From: Alphaproteobacteria bacterium | GTDB taxonomy: Bacteria > Pseudomonadota > Alphaproteobacteria > UBA828 | NCBI GenBank assembly: GCA_963422645.2 | Contig: CAXXVO010000009.1 | Coordinates: forward strand, 320,001-384,000 | DNA: 64,000 nucleotides | Reading direction: 5' to 3' | In this document: positions 24,489-33,669 of the stretch, piece after piece | Numbering within the stretch: the stretch's first letter is position 1 | Layout: each line of letters opens with the position of its first letter | Translations under genes and position numbers: made by a program | The notes under the pieces: model-generated | Databases searched by the model: none | The model's input: the letters and a program-made list of their open reading frames with translations, nothing else | Told to the model about the DNA's origin: nothing

Positions 24489-25052
24489 GTGCGCGGCGGC
24501 ATAGTTATCGCGCTGGCCATAGCCGGGGTGCTGGCCGCCTGCATACCGAGAGGCACGCCGCTGACCCCTGAAGAGGCCCGGGTGGTGCAGGCGAGCCTGG
24601 TCCAGATGGAAGCGCAGGTGACCCAGCAGCTGCGGGACACCCTGGAGGCGCGCGGCATCCGCCCAGCAACGGCCGAGGAGGTCGTCGCCCGGCTTAGGGG
24701 CAACACCACCTCCATGTCGGGCGGGGGCGGCACCTTCGTGACCCACTATCTCGCCGATGGAACGATCAAGACCCAGCTCACGACCCTGAAGGGAGAATAC
24801 CGCTCGGACGGCACGTGGACCGTGGACGAGGATGGCGTCCGCTGCGTCACCGTCGACGAGCTGCGCAAGCGCCGCGGGTACGACCACTATGACGGCCCGC
24901 GCTATTCGGGCAGATGGGCCACGGTGCACGAGACCAACTGCTACCAGGTCTACTTCGGGGGCGCGATCGAGTACTGGTTTCGGGTGAGCGGGCCGCACCA
25001 CCTCGACAGCGGGGAATCCGACATCGTCCAGGGGCGCGCGTTCTACCTGTAG
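24489..25052 (+). CDS. Hypothetical lipoprotein
   Basis: Hydrophobic leader with lipobox LAAC; fills the gap between co-oriented genes. Confidence 0.65.
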   Translation: MRGGIVIALAIAGVLAACIPRGTPLTPEEARVVQASLVQMEAQVTQQLRDTLEARGIRPATAEEVVARLRGNTTSMSGGGGTFVTHYLADGTIKTQLTTLKGEYRSDGTWTVDEDGVRCVTVDELRKRRGYDHYDGPRYSGRWATVHETNCYQVYFGGAIEYWFRVSGPHHLDSGESDIVQGRAFYL

Positions 25053-25150
25053 AGGGCCCCGGCGGAGCAAGGAGAGGCCGGCGCCTGCGGACTCGCCGGC
25101 GGGCGGCCGCTATACTGCCGGCTTCGAATGACAAGGGGGGACGTTGGGCG

Positions 25151-26419
25151 ATGCAGCAGCGGAGCATCCCACTCGACGAGAGCATTCTCGAAGAGATCAG
25201 GAAGACACGCCGGGCCCTCGGCCAGGCGCGGCATCTGCCGGGCTTTCTCTACACATCGCCCGAGATCTTCGACTACGAGGTCGACACCATCTTCATGAAG
25301 GAGTGGCTCTGCATCGGCCGCGTGGAGGAGTTCGAGAGCGAAGGCGACTACCGGGCCATGCGGATCGCGGGCGAGCCCCTGCTGGTCTGCCGCGATGCGT
25401 CGGGCGCCCTCAACGCCTTCAACAACGTTTGCCAGCATCGGGGCGTCGAGGTGGCGACCGGCGAAGGCAACCTCAAGAGCTTCCGCTGCCCCTATCACTC
25501 CTGGGTCTACGACCTGGAGGGCAAGCTGCTCGGCGCGCCGCACACGAAGGAGGTCGAGGGCTTCGACTTCTCGACCTGCGCGCTGCAGCGGGTCAACCTC
25601 GACACCTGGGGCGGCTACATCTTCGTCAACTTCGACCCGGACTGCCCGAGCCTCGCCGACTATCTGGACGAGGACGGGATCAGGGAGTTCGCCGCGTTTC
25701 TCCAGCCCGAGAACACGCGGATGTCGGACAAGTACGTCTTCGACGTGCCCTGCAACTGGAAGTTCATCCCCGAGAACCTGATGGACATGTACCACGTGGG
25801 CGTGATCCACAAGGAAACCTTCGGCGGGCACTTCCCGGTCAACGACTTCCGCTTCAACCTCAAGAAGAAGGGCTACAACGCGGCCTACGAGAGCTTCACC
25901 ATGGCGCCGAAGGGGGTCACGCTCTTCGACACCATGCCGTGGCTCAGGGGCAAGGTGACGGACAAGTTCGCGTGCACCACCTGGATCCGGCCGACCATGA
26001 ACGTTTTCGGGCGGCACGATCTGATCCAGCCCTGGGTGGCGCTGCCGATCGACCACGCCACCACCCGGATTTTCATCTACACCCAGCTGCCCGACGCCTA
26101 CTTCGACGAGCCCGCCTTCGAAGAGAAGAACAAGATCTACGCCGACTTCATCCGCCTGGTCGCGAACGAGGACCGGGCGATGCTGGAATCGCTCCAGAAT
26201 GGGGTGGGCTCGCGCGCCTTCCGGCCGGGGCCGACGGTCAAGCTGGAGCGCGCGATTCACCACCTTCTCAACTACTATCTCGACAAGCTGTTGAGCGATG
26301 ACGACGAGGCCCGCGCCAGGCGCCACCAGGACGGCGAGGACGCCCTGCGCGAGAGCGCCTCGCGCAACAGGGAGCCGCGCGACGGCGGCTACACCGCGCT
26401 GGTGAGCGCGGCGGAATAG
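25151..26419 (+). CDS. Rieske non-heme iron oxygenase alpha subunit (choline/carnitine/betaine oxygenase-like)
   Basis: CQHRG...CPYHSW Rieske motif; NWK..ENLMDMYHVGVIH iron site; ED...ESLQ. Confidence 0.9.
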   Translation: MQQRSIPLDESILEEIRKTRRALGQARHLPGFLYTSPEIFDYEVDTIFMKEWLCIGRVEEFESEGDYRAMRIAGEPLLVCRDASGALNAFNNVCQHRGVEVATGEGNLKSFRCPYHSWVYDLEGKLLGAPHTKEVEGFDFSTCALQRVNLDTWGGYIFVNFDPDCPSLADYLDEDGIREFAAFLQPENTRMSDKYVFDVPCNWKFIPENLMDMYHVGVIHKETFGGHFPVNDFRFNLKKKGYNAAYESFTMAPKGVTLFDTMPWLRGKVTDKFACTTWIRPTMNVFGRHDLIQPWVALPIDHATTRIFIYTQLPDAYFDEPAFEEKNKIYADFIRLVANEDRAMLESLQNGVGSRAFRPGPTVKLERAIHHLLNYYLDKLLSDDDEARARRHQDGEDALRESASRNREPRDGGYTALVSAAE

Positions 26420-26430
26420 GAGCCGGACTC

Positions 26431-27471
26431 ATGGGCACACAGCAGGATCAGACACGACTGACGGAGTTGTTCCGCAAGAATCTCGAGCTCTGCGAGGTGG
26501 GGCCGGGCGAGACGGTCGCCGTCCTCTCGGAAGGCGACCAGCTCGGGAACTACAGGGAGGCGTCGCTCGCGGCCGCGCGCGACCTCGGCGCCGACGTGGC
26601 CGACGTGCACCTCCCCTCGGAGGGTGCGGAGGACCCGGCGGTCAGGATCGCCAACATCGGGCAGAACGCGCTGAGCAAGCACCCGGAGGCGATGCAGACC
26701 TGCAAGGACGCCGACATGGTGCTGGACCACATGCTCCTGCTTTTCTCCCATGAGCAGATCGCGATGCAGGAGGCGGGCTCGCGCATCCTGCTCATCGTCG
26801 AGCCCGTGGAGATTCTGGAGCGCCTGTTCCCGACCGCCGAGATGCGCGCACGCGTCGAGGCCGGGGAGCGGCGGATGCGGGCGGCGCAGAACCTGCGCTT
26901 CACCAACGACGCCGGCACCGACGTCACCTACACGCTCGGCGACAAGTTCATCCTGACGGAATACGGCTTCACCACCGAGCCCGGCCGTTGGGACCATTGG
27001 CCGGGGGGCTTCCTCGCGACGCTCGCGGCCGAGCGCGGCGTGAACGGGCGAGTGGTGATGGAGGCGGACGATATCGTCTTCCCGCTGCGCGAGTTCACCG
27101 GCGAGCGCATCGCCTTCGATATCGAGGGCGGCATGGTGACGGGGATCTCGGGCGGCGCCCGCGCCGACAACCTGCGCGGCTTCATCGAGGGCTACAACGA
27201 CCCGCGAGCCTACGCGGTCTCGCACATCGGCTGGGGGCTGAACCATCACTGCATCTGGCGGCCCGACCTGCCGGGCATCGGCATGGACGGCCGCGCGCAC
27301 TACGGCAACGTGCTCTTCTCGCTCGGCCCCGACACCGAGTTCGGCGGCGAGAACGACACTCCCTGCCACCTCGACCTGCCGATGCAGGGCTGCTCGCTCT
27401 GGCTCGACGACGAGCTGATCGTGGAGAAGGGCGCGGTGGTGCCGGAGGACATGCGGGCACCCGCTCACTGA
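26431..27471 (+). CDS. nicX: NicX-like 2,5-dihydroxypyridine 5,6-dioxygenase family protein
   Basis: TEYGF..EPGRWDHWP, SHIGWGL, GNVLFSLGP, TPCHLDLP match NicX-family motifs as I recall them. Confidence 0.75.
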   Translation: MGTQQDQTRLTELFRKNLELCEVGPGETVAVLSEGDQLGNYREASLAAARDLGADVADVHLPSEGAEDPAVRIANIGQNALSKHPEAMQTCKDADMVLDHMLLLFSHEQIAMQEAGSRILLIVEPVEILERLFPTAEMRARVEAGERRMRAAQNLRFTNDAGTDVTYTLGDKFILTEYGFTTEPGRWDHWPGGFLATLAAERGVNGRVVMEADDIVFPLREFTGERIAFDIEGGMVTGISGGARADNLRGFIEGYNDPRAYAVSHIGWGLNHHCIWRPDLPGIGMDGRAHYGNVLFSLGPDTEFGGENDTPCHLDLPMQGCSLWLDDELIVEKGAVVPEDMRAPAH

Positions 27472-27616
27472 TCGCTCGAAGGGGGGGTAAAGGGCATTTG
27501 CGCTTTCGTCGCTGGCCCGTAATATGCCCGCCACACGGAGACGTGGTGGCATGGGCGCCGGTGAATTTACCGGCGCCCTCGCCGATATGGGTCCATGATC
27601 AGAGGGAGAAACGACC

Positions 27617-28795
27617 ATGTGGAAACTGACTCTAGGCGCCGCCGTTGCGGCAGGCATGGCCATGACCGGCTTTGCCGCGTCCGACGCGCAGGCCCAGGAC
27701 GACGGCGTCTGGTGGCCGGCCAAAGTTGAGATTTACAACCCGGCCTGCACCGACGGCGACCCGGCGTGCTGGACCGATCCCGCCAACCAGAGCCTCGAGG
27801 TCGTGGACTACGTGCCGCTGATGCCGGATGAGGTGGACGCGAAGCACCATATCTGCGTGTCCTTCCCCCACCTCGTGGACTCCTACTGGGTCGGCGCGGC
27901 CTACGGGATCATCGAGGAAGGCAAGCGCCTCGGCCAGAAGATCTCCCTGATCGAAGCCGGCGGCTACGACAGGCTGGAGAAGCAGCTCTCGCAGGTCGAG
28001 GACTGTATCGCGAACGGCGCCGAGATCCTCGTGCTCTCCGCGATTTCCGGCGAGGGCAACATCAAGCAGGTCAACGAGCTGCGCGCCAGGGGCATCAAGA
28101 TTGTCGACCTGATCAACGGGATCAACACCGAGGTCGATGCCAAGTCGCTCGAGAGCTACTACAGTATGGGCCGCATCGCCTGTAAGTGGATCGCCGATCA
28201 ACACCCCGCTGGCAGTGGCGTGGTCAAGCTGGCCTGGTTCCCGGGCCCGCCCGGAGCCAGCTGGTCAGTGGCCGGCAATCAGGGCTGCCACGACGCGGTC
28301 GTCGGCTCCGACGCCGAGATCATCTCGACCAAGTGGGCCCAGACCAGCAAGGAGGCCCAGCTCAGCCTCGTCGAGAACGTGATCCAGGCGCAGACCTCGG
28401 GCAGCGATGTCGATCTCGACTACATCGTTGGCGTGGCGCCGGCGGTGGAGAGCGGCATGGCCGCGCTCCGCGACCTGGGCCTGCAGGACGAGATCAAGCT
28501 CGTCTCCTACTACTACACGCCCGGCATGCATCAGTTCGTCGGCCGCGGCAGCGTCGCCATGGCACCGACCGACCAGATGATCATCCAGGCGCGGATCTCC
28601 ATCGACCAGGCGGTCCGCCTGCTCGAGGGCAAGCCGTCGGCGACCGGCGGACGGCCCGAGTTCAACGACACCGGCCGGATGATCGAGCATGTGCAGCCGG
28701 TTGCGGCGATGGTGACGCCGGAGAACCACGCGGACTTCGACACCACCACGACGCTCGCGCCGCAGGGCTGGACGCCCGTGTTCAGCACCGACTAA
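27617..28795 (+). CDS. torT: TorT-like periplasmic binding protein
   Basis: Signal peptide; ICVSFPHLVDSYW..YG..E..EAGGY..L..Q..Q..DC, typical of TorT. Confidence 0.75.
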   Translation: MWKLTLGAAVAAGMAMTGFAASDAQAQDDGVWWPAKVEIYNPACTDGDPACWTDPANQSLEVVDYVPLMPDEVDAKHHICVSFPHLVDSYWVGAAYGIIEEGKRLGQKISLIEAGGYDRLEKQLSQVEDCIANGAEILVLSAISGEGNIKQVNELRARGIKIVDLINGINTEVDAKSLESYYSMGRIACKWIADQHPAGSGVVKLAWFPGPPGASWSVAGNQGCHDAVVGSDAEIISTKWAQTSKEAQLSLVENVIQAQTSGSDVDLDYIVGVAPAVESGMAALRDLGLQDEIKLVSYYYTPGMHQFVGRGSVAMAPTDQMIIQARISIDQAVRLLEGKPSATGGRPEFNDTGRMIEHVQPVAAMVTPENHADFDTTTTLAPQGWTPVFSTD

Positions 28796-28843
28796 GCCGT
28801 GCGTGCGTCCGACAAAGTACGAGACTGATGGAGGCCCATAGCA

Positions 28844-30421
28844 GTGGCAGAACCATCAGCCGCAGTATTTGAAGAGTCCCCGGAGCCTCTGAGCTCCGGG
28901 GACACCCTTCTCAGATTAGAAAATCTCTCGAAGCAGTTCCCCGGCACGCTGGCGCTGGACCGCGTCAATTTCGACGTGCAAGCGGGCGAGGTGCACGTTC
29001 TCTTCGGTGAGAACGGCGCGGGCAAGTCCACCCTGATCCAGATCGTCGCCGGCGTCCACCGTCCCTCCGGCGGAACCATCCACCTGCGCGGCAAGCCGAC
29101 CGTCATTCACTCGGTGCACCACGCGCGCCAGCTCGGCGTGAGCGCCGTGTTTCAGGAATTCTCGCTGGTGCCGCAGCTCACGGTCGAGGAGAACCTGTTC
29201 CTCGGCGACGAGCTGACGCGCGGGCCGCTGCTCAACAAGAGGGCGCTCGCCCGCCAGGCGCGCGAGACGCTGGACCGTCTGGGCTTCCCGCTCAGGCCGC
29301 GCGACGAGGTGATGTACCTCTCCCGCGCCGAGCAGCAGATGGTGGAGATCGCCAAGGCCTTCCGCACCCGGCCGAACATCATGATCTTCGACGAGCCGAC
29401 CGCCTCGCTCACGGAACGCGAGACCGACCGCCTCTTCGACCTGATCGAGCAGATCAAGGCCGACGGCATCGGCGTCATCTACATCACGCACCGGATGAAC
29501 GAGATCAAGCGGATCGGCGACCGCATTACCGTGCTGCGCGACGGGGTGCATATCGACACGATCCCCGTCGAGGAGGCGTCCGATCAGAAGCTCGTCGAGC
29601 TGATGACCGGGCGCGTCATCGAGCAGATCTTCCCGGATATCAAGTGCAACCCGGCCGAGACCTTGCTTGAGGTCGAGGGCCTCGTCACCGCCAAGCACTT
29701 CGTGAACGACGTCTCGATCAACGTGCGGCGCGGCGAGGTGGTCGGCCTCGCCGGCCTGGTGGGATCGGGCAAGTCCGACCTGGGCCGCGCCTGCTTCGGG
29801 CTCGAGCGGATCATGGCGGGCAAGATCACCTTCGACGGCGACGTCGTCTACGACCGGGCCAAGCACGTGAACAAGCTCGGGCCGCGCCGGATGCTCGACC
29901 GCGGCATTTACTACCTGCCCTCGGACCGTCGGCAAGAGGGCCTGATCATGATGCAGAACGTGCGGGAGAACGTGGCGCTGCCCTCGCTCGGGCTTAATAC
30001 CTTCTCGAACCTCCTCTTCCTGCGCCGGGCCAACGAGCGCAGGGTTGTGCGCGACATCGCGCAGAAGCTGGACCTGATGCCGCTCAACATCGAGCGCGAC
30101 CTCGAGCACTTCTCGGGCGGCAACCAGCAGAAGGTGCTGGTGGGCAAGTCGCTGGTGCGCGACGTCAAGCTCTTCGTCTTCGACGAGCCGACGGTGGGCG
30201 TCGACGTCGGCGCGCGCGTCGCGATCTACGAGTTCATTCGCGATCTCTGCGAGGCGGGTGCCGGTGTCCTCCTGATCTCCTCGGACCTGCCGGAAATTCT
30301 ACACCTGGTGCACCGCACCTACGTGATGTACCGCGGCGAACTGCGCGCCGAACTCGACCAGTCCGAAATCTCCGAAGAGACGGTGCTGCACCACTTCTTC
30401 GAGAAGGAGGATGAGGCGTGA
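28844..30421 (+). CDS. CUT2 (RbsA-like) ABC ATPase with two domains
   Basis: GENGAGKST, DEPTASL, FSGGNQQK, DEPTVGVD. Confidence 0.92.
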   Translation: MAEPSAAVFEESPEPLSSGDTLLRLENLSKQFPGTLALDRVNFDVQAGEVHVLFGENGAGKSTLIQIVAGVHRPSGGTIHLRGKPTVIHSVHHARQLGVSAVFQEFSLVPQLTVEENLFLGDELTRGPLLNKRALARQARETLDRLGFPLRPRDEVMYLSRAEQQMVEIAKAFRTRPNIMIFDEPTASLTERETDRLFDLIEQIKADGIGVIYITHRMNEIKRIGDRITVLRDGVHIDTIPVEEASDQKLVELMTGRVIEQIFPDIKCNPAETLLEVEGLVTAKHFVNDVSINVRRGEVVGLAGLVGSGKSDLGRACFGLERIMAGKITFDGDVVYDRAKHVNKLGPRRMLDRGIYYLPSDRRQEGLIMMQNVRENVALPSLGLNTFSNLLFLRRANERRVVRDIAQKLDLMPLNIERDLEHFSGGNQQKVLVGKSLVRDVKLFVFDEPTVGVDVGARVAIYEFIRDLCEAGAGVLLISSDLPEILHLVHRTYVMYRGELRAELDQSEISEETVLHHFFEKEDEA

Positions 30422-30437
30422 TCCGGAGGGAGAATTA

Positions 30438-31463
30438 ATGGCCGATACCGCCCAGCAGCGCCCGACGCCGTTGGAGAGGGCGGAGTATTTCGCAACGCTC
30501 ATTTTCGTCCGCGCGGGCGTGCTCCCCTGGTTCCTCCTCATCGCGATCGTCGTCTTCGCGGTCACCACCGACAACTTCTTCAGCAGCCGCAACCTGATGC
30601 AGGTCGCGCGCCAGGCGACCTATCTGACCATGGTGTCGATGGGCCAGATGGTCGTGCTGCTGACCGCGGGCCTCGACCTCTCGGTCGGCGTCATGTTCGC
30701 CTTGGTCTCGGTCATCACGGCGATGGCCATGGTCGGCGCGTGGGACGGCGGCACCGCGACCACGGGCGCGATCCTCATCGGCTGCCTTGCGGGCTTCGGC
30801 GCCGGCACCGCCATCGGCGTGGTCAACGGCATCGGCGTTGCGGTCTTCCGCGTGCCGCCCTTCATGATGACGCTTGCCATGTCGTCCATCGTCTTCGGCA
30901 TCGCGCTCATGATCACCGGCGGCACGCCGATCTACGGCATGCCGGACGACTTCGCTAACGTCCTCGGCTACGGCAGGGGTCTCGGGGTTCCGATCCCGAT
31001 CTGGATCACCATCGGGTTCATCATCCTGATGTACGTGTTCCTCAACTGGACCCGGATGGGGCGCTATCTCTATGCGCTGGGCGGCAACCTCAAGGCGTCG
31101 CAGCTCTCGGGCATCAGCACGCGCTTCTACCTCTTCATGGCCTACGTCGTGACCGCCGGGATCACGACCATCGGCGCCATCATGCTGACCGCGCGGCTGG
31201 AAAGCGGCGAGGGGAACATCGGCAAGGAGTATCCGCTGCTCTCGATCGCGGCCTGCGTGATCGGCGGGGTCAGCCTCTTCGGCGGCACCGGGCGCCTGCC
31301 CAACGTGGTGCTCGGCGCCATCTTCATCATCCTCGTGCAGAACGGCATGAACCTGCTGCGTATCAGCTCCTACATGCAGTTGGTGGTGATCGGCATCCTG
31401 CTCATCCTCGCGGTGATCGCCGACAACTACCGGCAGAAGCTGCTGCTCATGCTCAGGGACTAG
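30438..31463 (+). CDS. CUT2 (RbsC-like) ABC permease
   Basis: GLDLSVG, GRYLYALGGN, IAACVIGGVSLFGG. Confidence 0.9.
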   Translation: MADTAQQRPTPLERAEYFATLIFVRAGVLPWFLLIAIVVFAVTTDNFFSSRNLMQVARQATYLTMVSMGQMVVLLTAGLDLSVGVMFALVSVITAMAMVGAWDGGTATTGAILIGCLAGFGAGTAIGVVNGIGVAVFRVPPFMMTLAMSSIVFGIALMITGGTPIYGMPDDFANVLGYGRGLGVPIPIWITIGFIILMYVFLNWTRMGRYLYALGGNLKASQLSGISTRFYLFMAYVVTAGITTIGAIMLTARLESGEGNIGKEYPLLSIAACVIGGVSLFGGTGRLPNVVLGAIFIILVQNGMNLLRISSYMQLVVIGILLILAVIADNYRQKLLLMLRD

Positions 31464-31493
31464 TTCCCAAGAACCAGGGCTCAGAGTTTGGCG

Positions 31494-32606
31494 ATGGCGA
31501 CGACCGGACAGCTGCCCGTTATCTCAGGCGATTCCCACGTTATCGAGCCGGCGGACCTCTGGACCAAGCCGCTCGGCGCGCGCTACGGCGATGCCGTGCC
31601 GCACATGGTGTCCGAACACGCCGGCACCGAGGCCGATCACTTCTTCACGGGCTTCGAGTACGTTCGCGTGGACGAGATCGTGGAGGGCGACGAGGAGCTT
31701 CAGCGGAAGCTCGTGGGCTCGGGCACCGACCCGGCGATCCGTCTCGTCTGCATGGACGAGGACAACGTCGTCGGCGAGATCGTGAACTCGACCTGGATGC
31801 TCTACGCGATGCGTGCGCGGGACGACCGGCTGGTCGAGGACCTGTGCAGCGTGTTCAACGACTGGCTCGCCGAATACTGCAGCCATGCGCCGAAGCGCCT
31901 CTACGGCACCTCGATGATCCACATGGCGGACATCGGCTGGGCCTGCAAGGAGCTGGAGCGCAGCGCGAAGCGCGGGCTGAAGAGCGTCATCATCAACTGC
32001 GACGCCCGCCCCGAGTGGCCGCCCTTCCAGGACAGGCACTACGACCCCTTCTGGGCGCTCGCGCAAGAGCTGGACCAGCCGGTGACGCTCCACATCATCA
32101 CCGGCAACGAGATCGACCCCTTCGTCCTGCACGGGCCTGAGCGTAGCAACGTGGCGCGCAGCGCCATGGGTGTGCTGGCGGAGGCCGGGCCCGTGCTGGC
32201 CAACGAATTCATCTTCGGCGGCGTCCTCGACCGCTTCGAGAAGCTCAAGCTGGTGCTCTCGGAGTACGAGGTCTGCTGGCTGCCCTACTGGCTGTTCCGC
32301 GCCAAGCAGATTCAGGATGACTTCGGCCCGGCGCTGGACATCCCCAAGGTCAAGCGGCCGGTCGAGGAATACTTGGGCCAGATCTATCACGGGCTGATCG
32401 ACGATCCCTACCTGGACAAGGTGCTGGACGTGATCGACCCGAAGACCATCATGTGGGGCTCGGACTTCCCCCACGCGCGCTGCACCTACCCGAATACGAT
32501 GACGGTGATCGAGCGCGTGTTCGGCCATCTCGACGAAGAGACCCGGCGCGACGTCACCTTCAACAACTGCGCCCGCTTCTACAACTTCGACCTGCCTGCG
32601 GCCTGA
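31494..32606 (+). CDS. Amidohydrolase_2-family metal hydrolase/decarboxylase
   Basis: DSHVIEP, FNDWLAEYC, LH, MWGSDFPH. Confidence 0.88.
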   Translation: MATTGQLPVISGDSHVIEPADLWTKPLGARYGDAVPHMVSEHAGTEADHFFTGFEYVRVDEIVEGDEELQRKLVGSGTDPAIRLVCMDEDNVVGEIVNSTWMLYAMRARDDRLVEDLCSVFNDWLAEYCSHAPKRLYGTSMIHMADIGWACKELERSAKRGLKSVIINCDARPEWPPFQDRHYDPFWALAQELDQPVTLHIITGNEIDPFVLHGPERSNVARSAMGVLAEAGPVLANEFIFGGVLDRFEKLKLVLSEYEVCWLPYWLFRAKQIQDDFGPALDIPKVKRPVEEYLGQIYHGLIDDPYLDKVLDVIDPKTIMWGSDFPHARCTYPNTMTVIERVFGHLDEETRRDVTFNNCARFYNFDLPAA

Positions 32607-32633
32607 GCGGGCGCAAGCCCGCCTCTAACCCGA

Positions 32634-33455
32634 TCAGCGCCAGCCCCGGTTCGCGAGGAGCGTCGCGAAGGGGTCCATCGCGCGCGCCTCTGCGGGCTTG
32701 ATGCGCTCGGCCTCGCCGTCCGCCACGGTGAAGAACGAGAGCTCGCTGTGAATGCAACCGGCCGGGCAGTCGCCCCACGCGTTGCGAAAGACGAAGTGCC
32801 AGGTATCGCGCACCTTGGCCGCGTCAACATCGGGGCTACCCCCTACCGCCCACTCGGGCCGGGCGTAGTCGACGCCGTCGATCAGGAAATAGGCGAAAGT
32901 TGCCTCTATCACGTCCACGCGCTCGTCCACATCCAGGAAGGCGTAACCGCCAAAGCGGAGCGTCTCTGCAGCCCTGAGCCCCAACTTCGCATTGAGGGCA
33001 TCGAAGGCCGCGTGCCCGGTGAGCGGTGGGGCGAGCGCGTTCTCGTCGTTCCACGTGCCGACAACGGTGTCTCGGAGCTCACCCTCGAGTCCAAGTATGA
33101 TTCTCCCCGGCCTGTACTCCTCACGCACGAGAACGTCCGCCATCGCCGGATACGCGCGGCGGATAAGCGACAATGCCTGCTTGACCTCGCGACCGAGCGC
33201 GTGCTGGCGCTCGTCGCCCAAGAACAGGCCGCCGCCTTCCCTTCGAAGAATTCGGTCGGCCAGGAATTGGGCCTCGGCGTCGGCGGCTTCCCAGGGAGAG
33301 GGGTGGAGTAATGTCGCTTCGCCGGCCTCAACCGAGTCAGCCGGGGCGACCGCCGTCACGGAGCCGATCAGGACCATGGCGCAGCCCACGACGAGCGCCC
33401 GACGCAATCGCGGCGGGTGTCCTCCGTGCCGACGGTCCCTGTGAAGAAGCCGCAA
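32634..33455 (-). CDS. Hypothetical secreted protein
   Basis: Hydrophobic N-terminal segment, WGDCPAGCI motif; start uncertain. Confidence 0.55.
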   Translation of the reverse strand: MRLLHRDRRHGGHPPRLRRALVVGCAMVLIGSVTAVAPADSVEAGEATLLHPSPWEAADAEAQFLADRILRREGGGLFLGDERQHALGREVKQALSLIRRAYPAMADVLVREEYRPGRIILGLEGELRDTVVGTWNDENALAPPLTGHAAFDALNAKLGLRAAETLRFGGYAFLDVDERVDVIEATFAYFLIDGVDYARPEWAVGGSPDVDAAKVRDTWHFVFRNAWGDCPAGCIHSELSFFTVADGEAERIKPAEARAMDPFATLLANRGWR

Positions 33456-33669
33456 CGTCAGTCACCCCGGCCGTTGAGGCGATGATCTCACCCAAATTCG
33501 ACGGAATTGTGGCGTATTCCGGACGCGCTGAGACGGGGCTTGACCGGATTCCGTCGCAATTCCGCTAGTGGGGAGCGGCGCAGGCGCCCACTGTGGGCCC
33601 AAGGGTGCGGCTTCGGCCAAACAACGATAGATTCCCAGGGATGGGACAGGCTTCAGACGGCGGCAAACC

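Noticed and set aside
27617-28795. TMAO respiration (tor) locus
   Set aside because: No torS, torR or torCAD; the context is an ABC importer.
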